A DNA stretch of 64,000 bases, from contig NW_003314342.1 in the NCBI RefSeq assembly GCF_000143415.4, positions 810,319-874,318 on the forward strand, in the 5' to 3' direction. Shown here piece after piece: positions 36,668 through 49,889 of the stretch. Below the pieces are notes generated by a model. It ran no database searches. It was not told where the DNA came from and worked only from the letters and a program-made list of their open reading frames with translations. This DNA is from Selaginella moellendorffii. Lineage: Eukaryota; Plantae; Lycopodiophyta. The translations under genes and the position numbers were made by a program. How positions within the stretch are numbered: position 1 is the first letter of the stretch; every line of letters begins with the position of its first letter.

Positions 36668-37393
36668 ATGGATCATAGCAAAGAATTAGTCGTAGAACTC
36701 CCAAGGGTAATGAAAGTGGAGAAGATTTTATTCTCTTCCAACACCAACAATCTAGAGTGTGAAGTATTTGGGAAAGAGGATCAAGACGGAGAGTGGAAGT
36801 TTTTGGGTAAAACAGGTCGAGAAGCAAGATTCAAGCTCACCAAGCTGAGATTCATCCTTGTCAAACCTCTCTCTGGATTTGAGGTATCTACGATTGTGAG
36901 TTTTTATAGCAAGGACAATCCCCAGAAGCCTGTGGAGGAGTTAGAGTTGAAATACATTAATCCTCAAAAGGTGGACTATCAAAATCCTTTTAAAGTTGGC
37001 CAGCTTTCCAAGGACACTCTTGTCACGAAAGCAATTGTTCGATCCAATCTCCGGTATTACAAATTCCGGTTATGGGGCAACATAGAGTATCCCTGCCAAT
37101 GGTGGTTTCCAATGGGAGACTACGACCAGGACGAGCCCAACCCTAAAACGCGAGAGTTGACCATCAGATACTTTGATGTGAAAAACGAAGGGAAGTTAAC
37201 GCTAGCACCTCAATGCAAGTTGATTGTTTTTGAGAGGACTTCCACTGGTCACTCAGAGCATGAGGAATTTGATCTACATAATCTTCCACAAAAGAAGCAG
37301 TCAAATAGAAGGGGTTCTGATAAAAAACTATCTAAACTCTCTAATCTGAGCTTAAAAGTTTTAAATGCCTTAAAGGTTGTTAAAAGGAATTAG
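36668..37393 (+). CDS. Orphan protein, 241 aa, intronless; possible beta-sandwich (discoidin/galactose-binding-like) fold
   Basis: Intact ATG-to-stop ORF, highly similar to 52116-52826 apart from the C-terminal tail, with only frame-preserving indels. Telo-box-like TAGGGTTT just upstream. The fold is inference only. Confidence 0.75.
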   Translation: MDHSKELVVELPRVMKVEKILFSSNTNNLECEVFGKEDQDGEWKFLGKTGREARFKLTKLRFILVKPLSGFEVSTIVSFYSKDNPQKPVEELELKYINPQKVDYQNPFKVGQLSKDTLVTKAIVRSNLRYYKFRLWGNIEYPCQWWFPMGDYDQDEPNPKTRELTIRYFDVKNEGKLTLAPQCKLIVFERTSTGHSEHEEFDLHNLPQKKQSNRRGSDKKLSKLSNLSLKVLNALKVVKRN

Positions 37394-37654
37394 AATAATC
37401 TTAGTAATAAATTCAACTTTAACTTGTTTGTCTGATTCACAAATAACACAAGGACAAAACAAATATGTAGGCTTCAAGCCAGAATGTAGAATTCTCACCA
37501 CTAAATATTACCCTAATACTGGACTGTATGGTTCCTTATTGCCAATCATACAAATAATGAAAGACAAGACATAGAGGAAACAACAATGTCCAATTCAGCC
37601 CATAAATGCTGGTAGCTCAAACTCCCTCTTTCTAAACTGGTCTAATCATCATCC

Positions 37655-38572
37655 ATGGGCTCTCTCTCGAAACTTCACGTTGTTCTTATCCCACTTCCAG
37701 CACAGGGACATGTCGTTCCACTCGTCTATCTTGCCCGCAAGCTCGCGCTCCTTGGAGTCACTGTGACCATCATCAACGTTGATAGCATCCACGAAACCTT
37801 GCAGCAACCCTGGAAGAGCGAGGCCAATCCTGTGAATAATGGCCAGGACATTCGCCTTGAGTCCATCGAGGATCCACTCGCGGAGCTCTTGTCCTGGATC
37901 GATCGAGAAGCAGAGTCGTCTCGGAATTTTACCATCTCAGTGCTCCACATGATGCAAAAAAAAGGCTGGATTGGCTGGAGCGAGCTTTTGGCCGGGAAAT
38001 GCTGCTTGGGCTGCCATCGAATTCCACGTTCCAAAGCTCCTGGAGATGGGAGACGTTCCTGTCAAAGGTAAAGCTTCGATGAATCTAGAAGTTTGTTCTA
38101 AGAAAACATGGAAGTTTTCAAGAATGTGATAGAGGGAGATGACAAGCTGATCTCTTACATCCCTGGAATGGAGCTAAGATCTCCACTCTTCATGCACGAT
38201 GGAGAATTCCAGAAAGTCAGGGAAGAGCAGTCATTGCATCTCTCCAAGAGGATCACACGGGATTCTTGGTTTCTGATAAACTCTGTCCATGACATCGAGC
38301 TGCGAGTTTTTGAAGCGATGAGGGAAGGATTCGAGGCGAATTTTGTGCCTGTTGGACCATTGTTTCCTCTCAAGGGAGAAGCCATCAATTCAACTGGATT
38401 GAAAGAGGTTAGCCTGAGAACTCCAGATGAATCTTGTCTTCCATGGCCAGAGCTCAGTTCTCTATGTTTTGTTTGGAAGCATCTCCTTCATGACTGCTAA
38501 GCAATTCGAGGAGATCGCACTGGGATTGGAGGCACCTTTCCTCTAAGTGATATGATCAAACTCTGTTTTTGG
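37655..38572 (+). pseudogene. UDP-glycosyltransferase pseudogene (deletions, frameshifts, truncated before the PSPG box)
   Basis: Direct similarity to 18856-19895. Confidence 0.9.
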
Positions 38573-39558
38573 TAATGCTTTAATTATAATATTATAATAT
38601 ATGGACTATTCATTTAAGATCGAATTTGATCCATCCATTATTATATATAAATATTAGTGATAATTTGTCTTTGAAAAGGAAAGTTTTTTAACAATGTTTT
38701 ATTTAGTGTTTAGAATTGTTTTTTTGTTTTTATTCCTTCATTCTCTTTTAGATCTAGATTTGTGTTTATACTGTTCTTCCTTTTCAACTTTTATTACATA
38801 CTATGTTATGCTATTGTTGATTAAAGAGTGTGTCATTCAAAGCTATAAATGATATATCATTATTGTCACCTAACAACATTGTTTATGTGATTGTGTCTTC
38901 TTTATATCAAGTTTTTGATGCTTATCACATACTAGTTATATATTGATTTTCATATTAGAGACTTTATTGTTGTTTAATTGTAGTGTATATGTTTTTCACC
39001 TTGTACCCTATGATGGTTTACCATAGAATAACTATGGAGCAGAATTTTAATCCTCCATATGCCATGTACCATTTGCCATGTGCCACATACCACGTCTAAG
39101 GACAATGTAGTGAAACCCAAGTTTCAAAGCTTTAGGCCACTGAATGAAGGGGCAAAGCCAAACTATTAAGCATGGAACCAAAGAGTGAAGAAAATAAAGC
39201 ATGGAATTACTTTTGAACATACAACCCAATGAGTGAAAGGGCAAGAGTATAGTGTGATTTAGAACAGTCCTGGAGCTTTTAACATCCCTATAGCATATCT
39301 AAATTTGGGGCTAAACTTTAAGCTCATTGCACTATGAAACAAAGGTCCAATACATTCTCAATCCTACAAACACGAGCTCCCTATATCCAACATTTACATA
39401 CTAAATGGTGTCAGAAAATGTCTAGCACAATTTTGGCATACTAGTGGCTTAACATAAGGAAAAGAATATGCCACCAAATAAAGCACTATAGAGTTTAAGC
39501 TTTGTTGTAAATGTGACTTTTAGTATTGAAAGATACTTGTTAGCTAGTCTTTACAGAT

Positions 39559-40723
39559 TGTAAACAATTAATTTTCCATTCTACTTTAGTCATTTAACCA
39601 TATCTTTGACCACTTGGAAGATTCTCATTCACAACTTTCATAAGTCTAATTTAGGACTTGGGGCTTACTAGCCCTGAGAATGGCATCTATGTTACTCAAC
39701 CTTTGCACTTGGTCCAAGTGCTCTATGTGTCTTATCCCATGACTGTCACCCAAAGGTACCACAGACATATCAGCCCATTATGCTAAGGCCATACCTATTC
39801 ACCTTTGTCATACTGGTGATCTAACACCACCTACATTACAGTCCTATCTTTCAAAGACTGGGCCATCTATCCATGAGTAGTCATCTCAAATCCACTCTTT
39901 AGCATCCGTAAAATGCTCGCAGACATGGAGAATAGCTTTCTTCAACATCATTTTTTCGATCCCCACCAAGTCCCTTTCTGTCCGTCGCCGTGTTTGCCAC
40001 CACTGCCACTGGATGAACAAGCCCAACCACTAAGTCTCCTTGTTCTTTGAGACTTCCTCACCATATGACCGCATCCTTGGTCACTACACCAAAAGATTGC
40101 TTTTCTTCCTTTCCACCATTCAGGACTTTGGGATAACATTTCGAAACACCGTAGCCCTACATGGGCCTCATAAGTATTCTCCCCACCTTCCACCTTTGGG
40201 TGCTTTAGCCATGGGGTTAGAGCAAGGTTTCGTTGAGCCATGCTAGGTATCCAAATAAGTAGTGCCATCCACACTTGGACTGGGAGCATCGACCAATCAA
40301 TTTCCCAGGGGAACTAGAGCCGGCTCTTGAACACCTCACCAAGTTACCCTGCTTGTCTATTCGTATTCACTCTAGCCTTGGACTCCTCAATGGATATATC
40401 ATCACCTAACACATGGTTTTGGTCTTGGTCTCGGTCTCAGTCTCAGTTCCATCTTGGACTCCATCTCGGACTCCATCTCGGGTCCATCTCAGATTCCATC
40501 TCGGGTCCTTCCATGTGTCATATGTTGGTTCTTTTGTGTCCCTTTTTTAGACACTCACTTATTGCTCGCTTTATGCTCGTTCTTCGAGCACTTCATTGGG
40601 AGTTTCACTCTCGCTCTCGACTTTTCGAGTCGGAGTTTTTAGTCCATATGTGTTACACTCATTTGTCTTTTGCCTCAACCACTACCACATGGCATCCTTT
40701 TGGCTCCTTTTTAGGGCCTAGGG
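39559..40723 (-). mobile_element. LARD LTR, internally deleted and truncated
   Basis: Reverse complement of parts of 4876-6516. Confidence 0.85.
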
Positions 40724-41303
40724 TGTAAGCAAACAAAGGGAACAACTCGAGAGACAATCAATATGGGTTCAAATATAAAAGGAAAGGGCCTATGAATAAA
40801 AGTGCACCCCCTTTTTAAATTGGTTAAGGGTCTTGGGAGATTTGGGGGTTAAGCGTCCTTGGGTTTGAATAGTACTCGGGTGGGTGACCTCCTGGGAAGT
40901 CCAAACTCAGGAACTTACATTTAGTATTAGAGAGGTCTTGGGTCCAACTCTATTGGTTAGCTTAGAGGAATCACACCACATGTTGATTAACATCTGGTAG
41001 GTCCAGTTTGATTTGGCTGGGCTCAACCCAAGGGGTAGCGTGTCGAAAGAGCTACAGCTCTCAGCTTCCATTCATGAGGGCGTGAACTTGCAGGGAAGTG
41101 TGGTGAATTATAAGTAACCGAAGGGTATGACTTGAAAAACGATCCATAAAGGTTCAAATATAGAAGGAAAGGGCCCATGAATAAAAGTGCACCCCCTTTT
41201 CCAATTGGTTAAGGGTCTTGGGATATTTAGGGTTAAGCATCCTTGGGTTTGAATAGTACTAGGCTGGGTGACCTCTCGAAAAGTCCAAACTCATGAGCTT
41301 ACA
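40724..41303 (+). mobile_element. Complete Cassandra-like TRIM: LTR 40724-40919, internal ~189 bp, LTR 41109-41303
   Basis: ~195-bp direct repeats T(G/A)TAAG...CTTACA, degenerate Met PBS, PPT AGGGAAGTGTGGTGAAT, and a 5S rRNA-derived segment in each LTR. Confidence 0.88.
40848..40902 (+). promoter_or_regulatory. 5S rRNA-derived Pol III internal control region (A box, IE, C box) in the TRIM LTR
   Basis: 48/55 identity to the plant 5S segment GTTAAGCGTGCTTGGGCGAGAGTAGTACTAGGATGGGTGACCTCCTGGGAAGTCC (recalled consensus). Second copy at ~41232-41286. Confidence 0.9.
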
Positions 41304-41563
41304 CGGACACTCTCTCTTTACTACTATGACAGCAGGAAGTTGGTATTACTGATTCCCTTTATTACCCCCTTTTATCCAAGTGTTAGTAAACTAGACTTAG
41401 CATATGTACTTAGCCGGATGAGCATAAGGAAGGAATTGCTAAGTGTTTATTTAGCCAAACATACTTAGCCTGGCTTGTTAGTTCTTTTTTTCTCTGTCTT
41501 GCACTGGCTTGGCAAAAATCCTTGCGTATTAAGTCTAGTCCCTCAATATTATTACATAGAAGC

Positions 41564-42484
41564 TGTCACGAATGTGACTTCGGGTATTGAAAGATACTTG
41601 TCGGCTAATCCTTATGGACACTCTCTCTTTACTGCCATGACAGCAGGAGGTCGGTACTGCTGGTTCCCTTTATTGGCCCCTCTTGTCCAAGTGTTAGTAA
41701 ACTGGACTTAGCATCTGTACTTGGCCGGATGAGCATAAGGACGGAATTCCTAAGTGTTTATTTGGCCAAACATGCTTGGCCTAGCTTTTTAGTTCTCTTT
41801 TGCTCTATCTTGCACTGGCTTGGCAAGAACCCTCGCGTATTGAGACTAGTCCCTCAATATCGCTGAATGATAGTTTACCGTGTCTGCCAAACACCCTCGC
41901 TATCATGCCCTTAGTGTTGGTCTCATTTCGGTCCTAAACATTAATTATGGAAAGTGTCTAGATTTGCTCATTTGGCATATCTACGGAATGTAGAGATTGG
42001 CCTGAACATAATGGTGTTCGTCCCATGTCCAAATTCACAATCTAGCACCATTCCATATTTAGTAAGTTTCGAGCTTGTCCCAGAAACTAACTCCTGATAC
42101 TAAAGGAGGCTTGGGGTGAAAGCCCAAAGCATGTGTTCCTCAAAGGGGGGGGGGGCTATGGGGGGTTCCAAATGTATAGTAGGGATAGTGGTTGGAATGC
42201 ATGTCCGACCACCTGAGACATTAGTTTGGCTCCCGCTAGGCTGTGTCGCTCTTTGTTCTACGTCCGGCTTGGGTCTAAGCCCAAGCTCCACGCTGCTCTA
42301 GTCGGCGGGGTACCCTCCTCCTCGCGTTAGGCCATCAGTATGCCAAAATTGTGCCAGATTCCGTCTGACACCATTTTGCGTGCAGGTGCTGGATATGGGG
42401 AGCTAATGCTCGTGGGATTGTACTGAACCCTCATTTTGTAGCGCAATGGGCTTGGAGTTTAGCTCCAAATTCAGGTGCGCTACA
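41564..42484 (+). mobile_element. Solo LTR (921 bp) nested in an LTR of its own family
   Basis: TGTCACGAATGTGACTT...GGTGCGCTACA. Duplicates 41304-41550 and 42485-43092. Confidence 0.7.
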
Positions 42485-43089
42485 ATAGCTTATTGTGTTT
42501 GCAAAACATTTTCGCTATCATACCCTTTATATTAGTCTCATTCCGGTCCCAAATGCTATTATATAAAGTGTCTAGATTTGCTCATTTGGCATATCTATGG
42601 AATGTAGAGATTATTTTGAACACAATGGTGTTCATCCTGTGTCTAAATTTGTAATCTAGAGACATTCTATATTTAGTAAGTTTCGAGCTTCTTTCAGAGA
42701 CTAACTCTTGGTACTAAAGGAGGCTTGGGGTAAAAGACCAAAACATGTGTTCCTTAAGGGAGGGGGCAGCTATGAGGGTTCCAAATATATAATAGGGATA
42801 ATGGTTGGAATGCATGTCTGACCACATGATTAATTTGGCTTTTACTAGGTTGTGTCACTCTTTGTTCTGCATCCGGCTTGGGTCTAAGCCTAAGCTCCAT
42901 GTTGCTCTAGTGGGTGGGGTGCCCTCCTCCTTATGTTAAACCACCGGCATGTCAAACTTGTGTTAGACACTGTTTAACACCATTTTACTTGCAAGTGTTG
43001 GATATGGGGAGTTGGTGCTCGCGAGATTATACTGGACCCTCGTTTTGTAGCGCAATGGGCTTGGAGTTCAACTCCAAATTCATGTATGC

Positions 43090-46000
43090 TATAGGCTTAG
43101 ACCCAAGCTGAATGTAGAATAAAAAGCAACACAACCTAACAAAAACAAAACTAATGCCTTAGGTGGTCAACCATACATTTCAACCATTATCTCTAATATA
43201 CAGTTGGAACCCCCTTGCTTATATTTACTATGAATAGCATATAGTACTAAAATGGAACTAACATATATAGCATGATAACGAGGGTGTCTAGCAAATAGGG
43301 TAAACTATCAGATAATGATATTAGGGAACTAGACTCAATATCATGGGGGTTCTCAACACTTAAGTGCAAATCAATGAATGAGTTTCTCTAACTAGGTCAA
43401 ATATGTTTGACTAATAGAATTTAGGATTTTTGTCCTTATGTTCACCTAGTCAAATGCACATATGATGACTAATTTCTCAATTAACTTGGGTGGAAATCAT
43501 AAAGGGAAATAGCAATACCAACCTCCTACCATTGTGATAGTAAGGAGAGAATGTCTATAAAAATTGGCTGATAAGCATCTTTTGATATCTAAAGTCACAT
43601 TTACAACATTCTTCCCCCCTTGGGGAAAATCAATGTTTTCATTTATACATATTTGAGTCTAGCAAACTGTCAAGGAAAATCTCTGAAAATTAACAAAAAA
43701 CACACTATATGGAAAACACATCAATTTAAATGAATGATTGAACTACCTCTCCTCTATGTCTAAAGTTGTTAAGACTCAGACACCCTCTAGCCATCACCAA
43801 CAAGAAAATGACTAATAAAGTTAGCCACCATTGCTACTCTAAATATCACTCGACTTACAAAGGAATGATATATTGCTCCCCATAAGGACATAGTGAGAGA
43901 GCCAAAGGCTCAACTCCCCTAAACAAGAAATCACGTTGGGAAGATTTAGACAATTATTATAAACTAAGTTATTTACATGGCTATGTCCCTTTTCAAAAAA
44001 AGAGTCAGGAAAAAATTTGTGATCAGTCTATAATAACTATCCCTATGGTTATAGATTGTATCCATGCACTGAAGTGTTGAAGTCAACCTGCCAAAACCAA
44101 CCTAAAAACTAATGAATGAAAGAAATGTTTAATTGAAATGTATTACTTTATTGATTTTAAGATTTATTATAAAGATTTACAAAAGCTACTTTTTATTACA
44201 AGTCTCATACTCTGTGACAAGCTCATAGACATGTGTAAGATTACTAAGAGGCTCCCAAGTTAATTTACAAGTTGGATAACAATGCCACTTAACTAAGTAT
44301 TCTTTGGTATGACCACCATATTTTTGACGACATAATAAAATGCTTTCAACTTTGTATTCAAGTTCACTATTCAGAAATTCTGGTGGCAGACGAATCTCCC
44401 TTGATGTGCAACATCCATAGTGTATAGAGCTAACAAATTGGCATGAAATACATTATAAACATTGGATATGGAAGATCTAACTAATAGGATACATCATTAA
44501 TCCATTTCAAAATCTGATAGGGTTTTGAATATATCTTGAATTTATCTTGGTAATAGCTTCCGAAATAAAAATCCCTTAATATTCAAGTTTTGGGAAGATA
44601 ACTACACCTGATCTCCCACTTGATAGGATATATTGTGATGGTATTGATTCTTATCATGTTGATACTTATCATAAGTTTTGCCCATCGCCTCAATAGCTCT
44701 AGACCAACCATGGCATAGCTGCTTCACATAAGTCTCAATAACTAAGACCAACACTTCAGACATTGGTTTTGGCATAAAAATCTATCAAGGAACCCCATGA
44801 ACATTCCCTTGTAGCATCTCCCATAGAAAATAACTAATAACACTATGTTATAACAAATTTCTGTTTTGTCCAAATGCTTAACCCAATTGTGCTGGTCCAT
44901 TACAACATAGTACCGTTGATAATCCTCAATTTGAGCATTCACACATTCTCTCTGCCCATCAATTTGAGGATGATAAGTTGTACTAAACTTCAACTTGGTA
45001 CCGAATAACAGGAATAGTGTGCCCTAAAACTTCCCCATAAATCTTGAATCTTTATTTGAGATCATCTCTTTGGGAAGACTACAAACCTATACTAATTCAT
45101 GGAAAAAGAACTCTATTGCTTATTTAGTATTCATTGTTTCCACAGTTGAAATGAAGTGTGCAATCTTTGACAACCAATTCACAACTACGATCAAAGTATC
45201 ATAACCCTTAAACTTCAACAAGCAAGTGACGAAGTCAATCACACTTTAAAATGGCCATGCTGGTGTTGGAATGCATTACAACTTCCTAGCCTACTTCTCA
45301 GTTCTTCACTTACACTATTGACATATAGGGCAAGAATGGATATAATTTGCTACATCACTAGACTAGAAAAATCTCTTTTTTAATGAAGCAAGAGTCTTTT
45401 GTTTACCATCATATCCCACTACCAAAACATTATGATGTTCCCATAAAAACAACTGTTGCAAATCCTTGGAGGGAAGATACAATCTTTTTTACTTATAGAA
45501 AATAAATCCGTCCTGAATTAAGAAGTGAAATTTTACATTGGCACGACTAGCAACTTTGCTCCTTCACTACTAAGGTTTTGCTTTGGCAACTCTATATGGT
45601 GCAAGATTGCTTTTGTCAATGGATCACTTCCATATGAAGCCTAAATGTCCTCCAACCAATCTGAACTAATTACCGACATTGTCTAAAACTAATCTTGACG
45701 ACTCAACACATCCAAAATAATATTAACTTTACTAGGTTTGTAGATGATTTCAATCTAGTGAGCTTCTCTTTCCAAAGAGTCTACTTCAGCATAAGCTTTG
45801 GCTGTGTAGCAAATTAACTTAATTATGCCACCACCAATATATGCCCAAGAAAGTTCAATTGCAATTGTCCAAACATGATTTTACTTTTCTTAGCATATAG
45901 TTTGTGTTCATGCAACTTTTGAAACACCAGCTCTAAGTGTTTCAAATAATCCTTTAACATTTCACTAAAGATTAGAATATCGTCAATATATAGGACAACA

Positions 46001-47700
46001 AATGTGTCCAAATAATCTCTAAATATTCTATCTATCATTATATTGAATGTGGTTGAAGCGTTACATAATTCAAATGGTATGACAAGGAATTCATAAGATC
46101 TATACCAAATCTTAAAGGCTATCTTCTCCACATCTTGATCTACCACCCATATTTGATGATACCTAACCTAAAAACCAAGTCATGTAAAATTAAATAAGTT
46201 ATCAATGTGAGGTAAAGGATAATTATTTCTAACCATAATCTTATTGAAAGCCCAATAATCAATACACATCCTTATGGTTCTATCCTTTTTCATAACAAAA
46301 AGGACCAACGCTCTATAAGATGACTTGCTTGGTCGAATATGACCTTTATTAAGAAGTTTTGTAAATTACTTCTTAAAGTTATCCACTTCCTTAATGTTCA
46401 AGCAATATAAAGTTTTTCTAGGTGGTTTAGAACCTGGAACAATCTCAATTTAATAATCAACCTCACGGTTAAGAGGTAGCATTGGCAGTAAATCCTTTGA
46501 AAAGATATTTTGATTCCATGCCAATAACTCTAATTCTTTTTTTAGTACAGGATAAACCCTATCACCAATTCGAACTAGGTCACTATCACCCTCAACTTCC
46601 ATCACTTGGACCTAAAAAGTCTGACATCCCTTCTTAATTACTTTTTGAGTGGCTCTTGCAATCATGAACTTAGCATCTTAATCTTTTGAGGAACACTTTT
46701 GCAATTGGAAGGACACATCAAAAGTCTTTTTATATGACTTTGTCTAGCACCATAAATCCTTTTGATATATTTATTGAAGAAATTCATACCAAACACCATC
46801 TGAAAATCTGGTATCTTCAACACTACCAAGTCCAATCTTTCTTTCCACTTGAATATTTTTATTAGAACATGACTTATAAATTTTCTTGCTACTTGCCCAC
46901 TTTCTGCAAAATAGAAATGTATGGGCAACATGCATTTACCTTTCAATTCTAACAACTTTACTAATGTTGTATGTACCTCCCATATTAATCATCAATTGGA
47001 TTCGGTATCCATAGATAAAGCCTACAAAATACATCAACAGATTAGTGTTTGCATTGACTATGAAAAAAGTTTGAGGGAAGTAACAAAAGTAACTCACCTC
47101 CTTTTCTTCATAATTTGCATTGACAACCTCGTCAACCCCTTTAACTTCACCACCACCATCTTTCCTCGTGACATTAATACAAGATCTTGTTTTATGCTTA
47201 TTGAGACATTTTGAAAGCTTATATCCTACCTCTCCACACAATAACCCACACTACTCATTCTACTAGGAGCAAGTTTCATAAGTTGTTACCACTTGTACTC
47301 ACCAAAAGGAGGAACAAAGGGCTTAAGACCAAAAAAAGCCACTAGTGATCACTAACCACCATCTTTGTCATGTGAGCCTTTAAAGTGGAATTTTTCTTCC
47401 ACCTTTTGTTTCTGATCACCTTGTTTATTCCCGAAATGCTTATTTTTATCCGAGGTACTAGCATATAGTTCTTAATATTGTTCCATAAGTGAGTCATTAA
47501 AGGTAACTTATTGTGCTACCTCTTTACACTCTAAGTACATCTTCGGCTTAAACTTCAAAATCTCATTATGAAAAAGTGAATTCAAACCTTTCAAAAAATA
47601 ACTTCAAGCATCTTTATCATTCATATATGCAATCATAATGCACTTCTTTAAATTGACAATCACAAATTACTTCACTTCACAGTCAGTTGATATAAGGCAG
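43090..47700 (-). mobile_element. Old decayed Ty3/gypsy element (3' LTR remnant 43090-43608, PPT, INT, RH, RT, PR, gag remnants)
   Basis: RT YEFLVIPFELCNA..VLYIDDILIFS (45823-46146), INT FSTTYHPQIDGQ (44742-44993), CCHC remnant CGEVGYKLSKC. Reverse PPT TTCTTCCCCCC at 43609. Confidence 0.85.
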
Positions 47701-48399
47701 TAAAACATATGTTTCATATGTTTTTTGGTTTTCTCCACAACTGTTTAGTGGGCAATATATCATATCATATAATGTGTCAGCTTCTTGCTAGATGGTTCAT
47801 TATTAAGATCACTAGCATGATTTAATTCTAGAGAAGGTGAATTATAATAATTCAAGTACTCAAAAACCCACTAAATCTCCAACCATTTGGACTTGAAACC
47901 TCGCCAGTTACTAAAATTGAAATTGTGTATGCTCTAGAGACATGTGTTACACTTAAACACTAACATGCAACTCTAAATCCTAAACAAAAAACATAATACA
48001 AATATAACATTTTAAAGTCATTGTGATAGATATATATAATGATGGATAATGTCTCACCAATGACATTACCTTATCTTGGAGTGGGTAAACTGTAAAACCC
48101 TTCATGATGTATGTTACCCTGGGAGAATTAATGACTACAAAATTATGATTGAAATAGAAAATGGTTGTCAAATATCAAGCATATCACTTGATCTGGTAAA
48201 AAAGCTTAAGCTCCCTATAGTTCACAGTTACATGTATTTTTTAATAAGACCATGTGCAAATGATCAATTGAAAGAAGGATATGGAATTGAAGATTTATCT
48301 TATAAATTTGGAAAGTTTCTAGAGAGGAGAACATTCAGTGTTATATGAAAAGCTCTTCTGAGACTATATTTCTTAGTTTGCATGAGCTACCTTGTATGC

Positions 48400-49190
48400 T
48401 ATTGTCACTGGATTCACAATCTCTTTGATTCAATGCCTCAAAGAAACCTTGTCTCGTCGACAGTTTTCTTAGCATGGGATGTTATGATCACTACATATGC
48501 CAAAAGAGAAGCAAAGTGCTTGTTTGACACCGAAGAAGTTCTAAAGGAATTACATTATCAGAGTGTATGGGCAAAATGGACACTTGGACGAGCGCTTGGG
48601 TTTCTTTTCAACATGTTAGATATCAGCTCTTTCTCAAACTTTTGAGGGATGACCCTTTGGGCCACATTTCACCTCAATCTCTATTCCTTTCACATGGTCT
48701 TTCTTCTTGGGATTTCATTTAGCTATTAAGTTGCATTGTTTAGATGCTGTTTACAGCCAAACATCGTGACCAGGAACGTTCTTATCGTGTCATTTACCCA
48801 GAATCTACATGGTGATCTGTCCATTCAGCTTTTTAAAGTCTTGAATCTGGAAGGATTCAAGAGTTTCATGGGCCTTTTGATCGTTTGCTGCCACCTTGTG
48901 CTGGTAATCCCTACTAGAGACACACTAGCTCCAATGGTTTCTGACTACACTCTAAGTCCCAAGTGAGATCACTATTGCTGCTTGATCAGTGTTCTTGCGG
49001 GCTCTTGGATGATGCTGAGGAGATCATAAATATAATGCTATTAATTCCAGATGTTTCCAATTGGGGATGTTCGTGATTGCCTGTAAGATCCACTCTGTAT
49101 AAGTTGAAAGGAGTGTTGGTGCTGCTTGCAATGCCATTGTGATTGATCCTAAGCACAAATATTATTCCGTTTTTATTATTTTCTTATAAT
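48400..49190 (+). pseudogene. PPR gene remnant
   Basis: LFDSMPQRNLVS, QPNIVTRNVLI..LFKVLNLEG and E-domain-like remnants with stops. Confidence 0.6.
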
Positions 49191-49889
49191 GAAGCATGGG
49201 AGATTCCAAAGTTCATCTAAGTCTTCTCACCCTAAGGAAAATCTGGAAAGTTTTCTAAAGGCACAAACTTTTTCTGCAGCCAAACTAATATCTCTTGGAG
49301 TGTTAGAACACCAACATAAGTTATTCATATCTTTGAATTTATTTTTACTCACCTCATCTATACCATGTGAAGATTGAAATCTGTGCCACCAACCTTGATT
49401 CATTGCATTTAAAAGTAACAATGTGATTTTTAAAGTCAATAATTACCACGTGCTTATCATCCCTACGTTCCACTCTAGAATTCGATCAAAAACAAGCCTT
49501 GCGACATACATTTGCCAATCACATTCCATGTCACCACATTCTTCCCGGGCACAGAATAAAAAGTGTGCAAAGCTGATGATTATGAATGTAATCTTGGAGT
49601 AGGATTTTCCATGAAAAGGAGTCTGGGGCGCCAATGGAGTCAAACATGCAGTGTGTATCACTAGAGCTCCTGCATTTGCCATGCCTTGGAATCCTGTGGT
49701 GTGGCAACACCAAAGTTCCATGCTTGCAAGATCCACACTTTCAAAGGAACATGTTACGAACAACATCTACAATTTGCGAATCTCCTCGTCCAAATGCGAT
49801 ATCCCGGCTATCTTGCGAGGGTTTAGGGTTTATCAAAGATGCCGTACCTTACAAGGGTTTAGGGTTTATCATCACCAGTGCCAGTGGAG

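Larger units (their letters stand above)
39504..43092 (+). mobile_element. LTR of a third gypsy family carrying nested insertions
   Basis: Starts TGTTGTAAATGTGACTT at 39504, resumes at 41304 and again at 42485. Contains a second same-family LTR at 41564-42484. Confidence 0.65.

Noticed and set aside
40848-40902. Functional 5S rRNA gene
   Set aside because: Only 55 of ~120 nt, no 5' half or oligo-T terminator, and embedded in LTRs.
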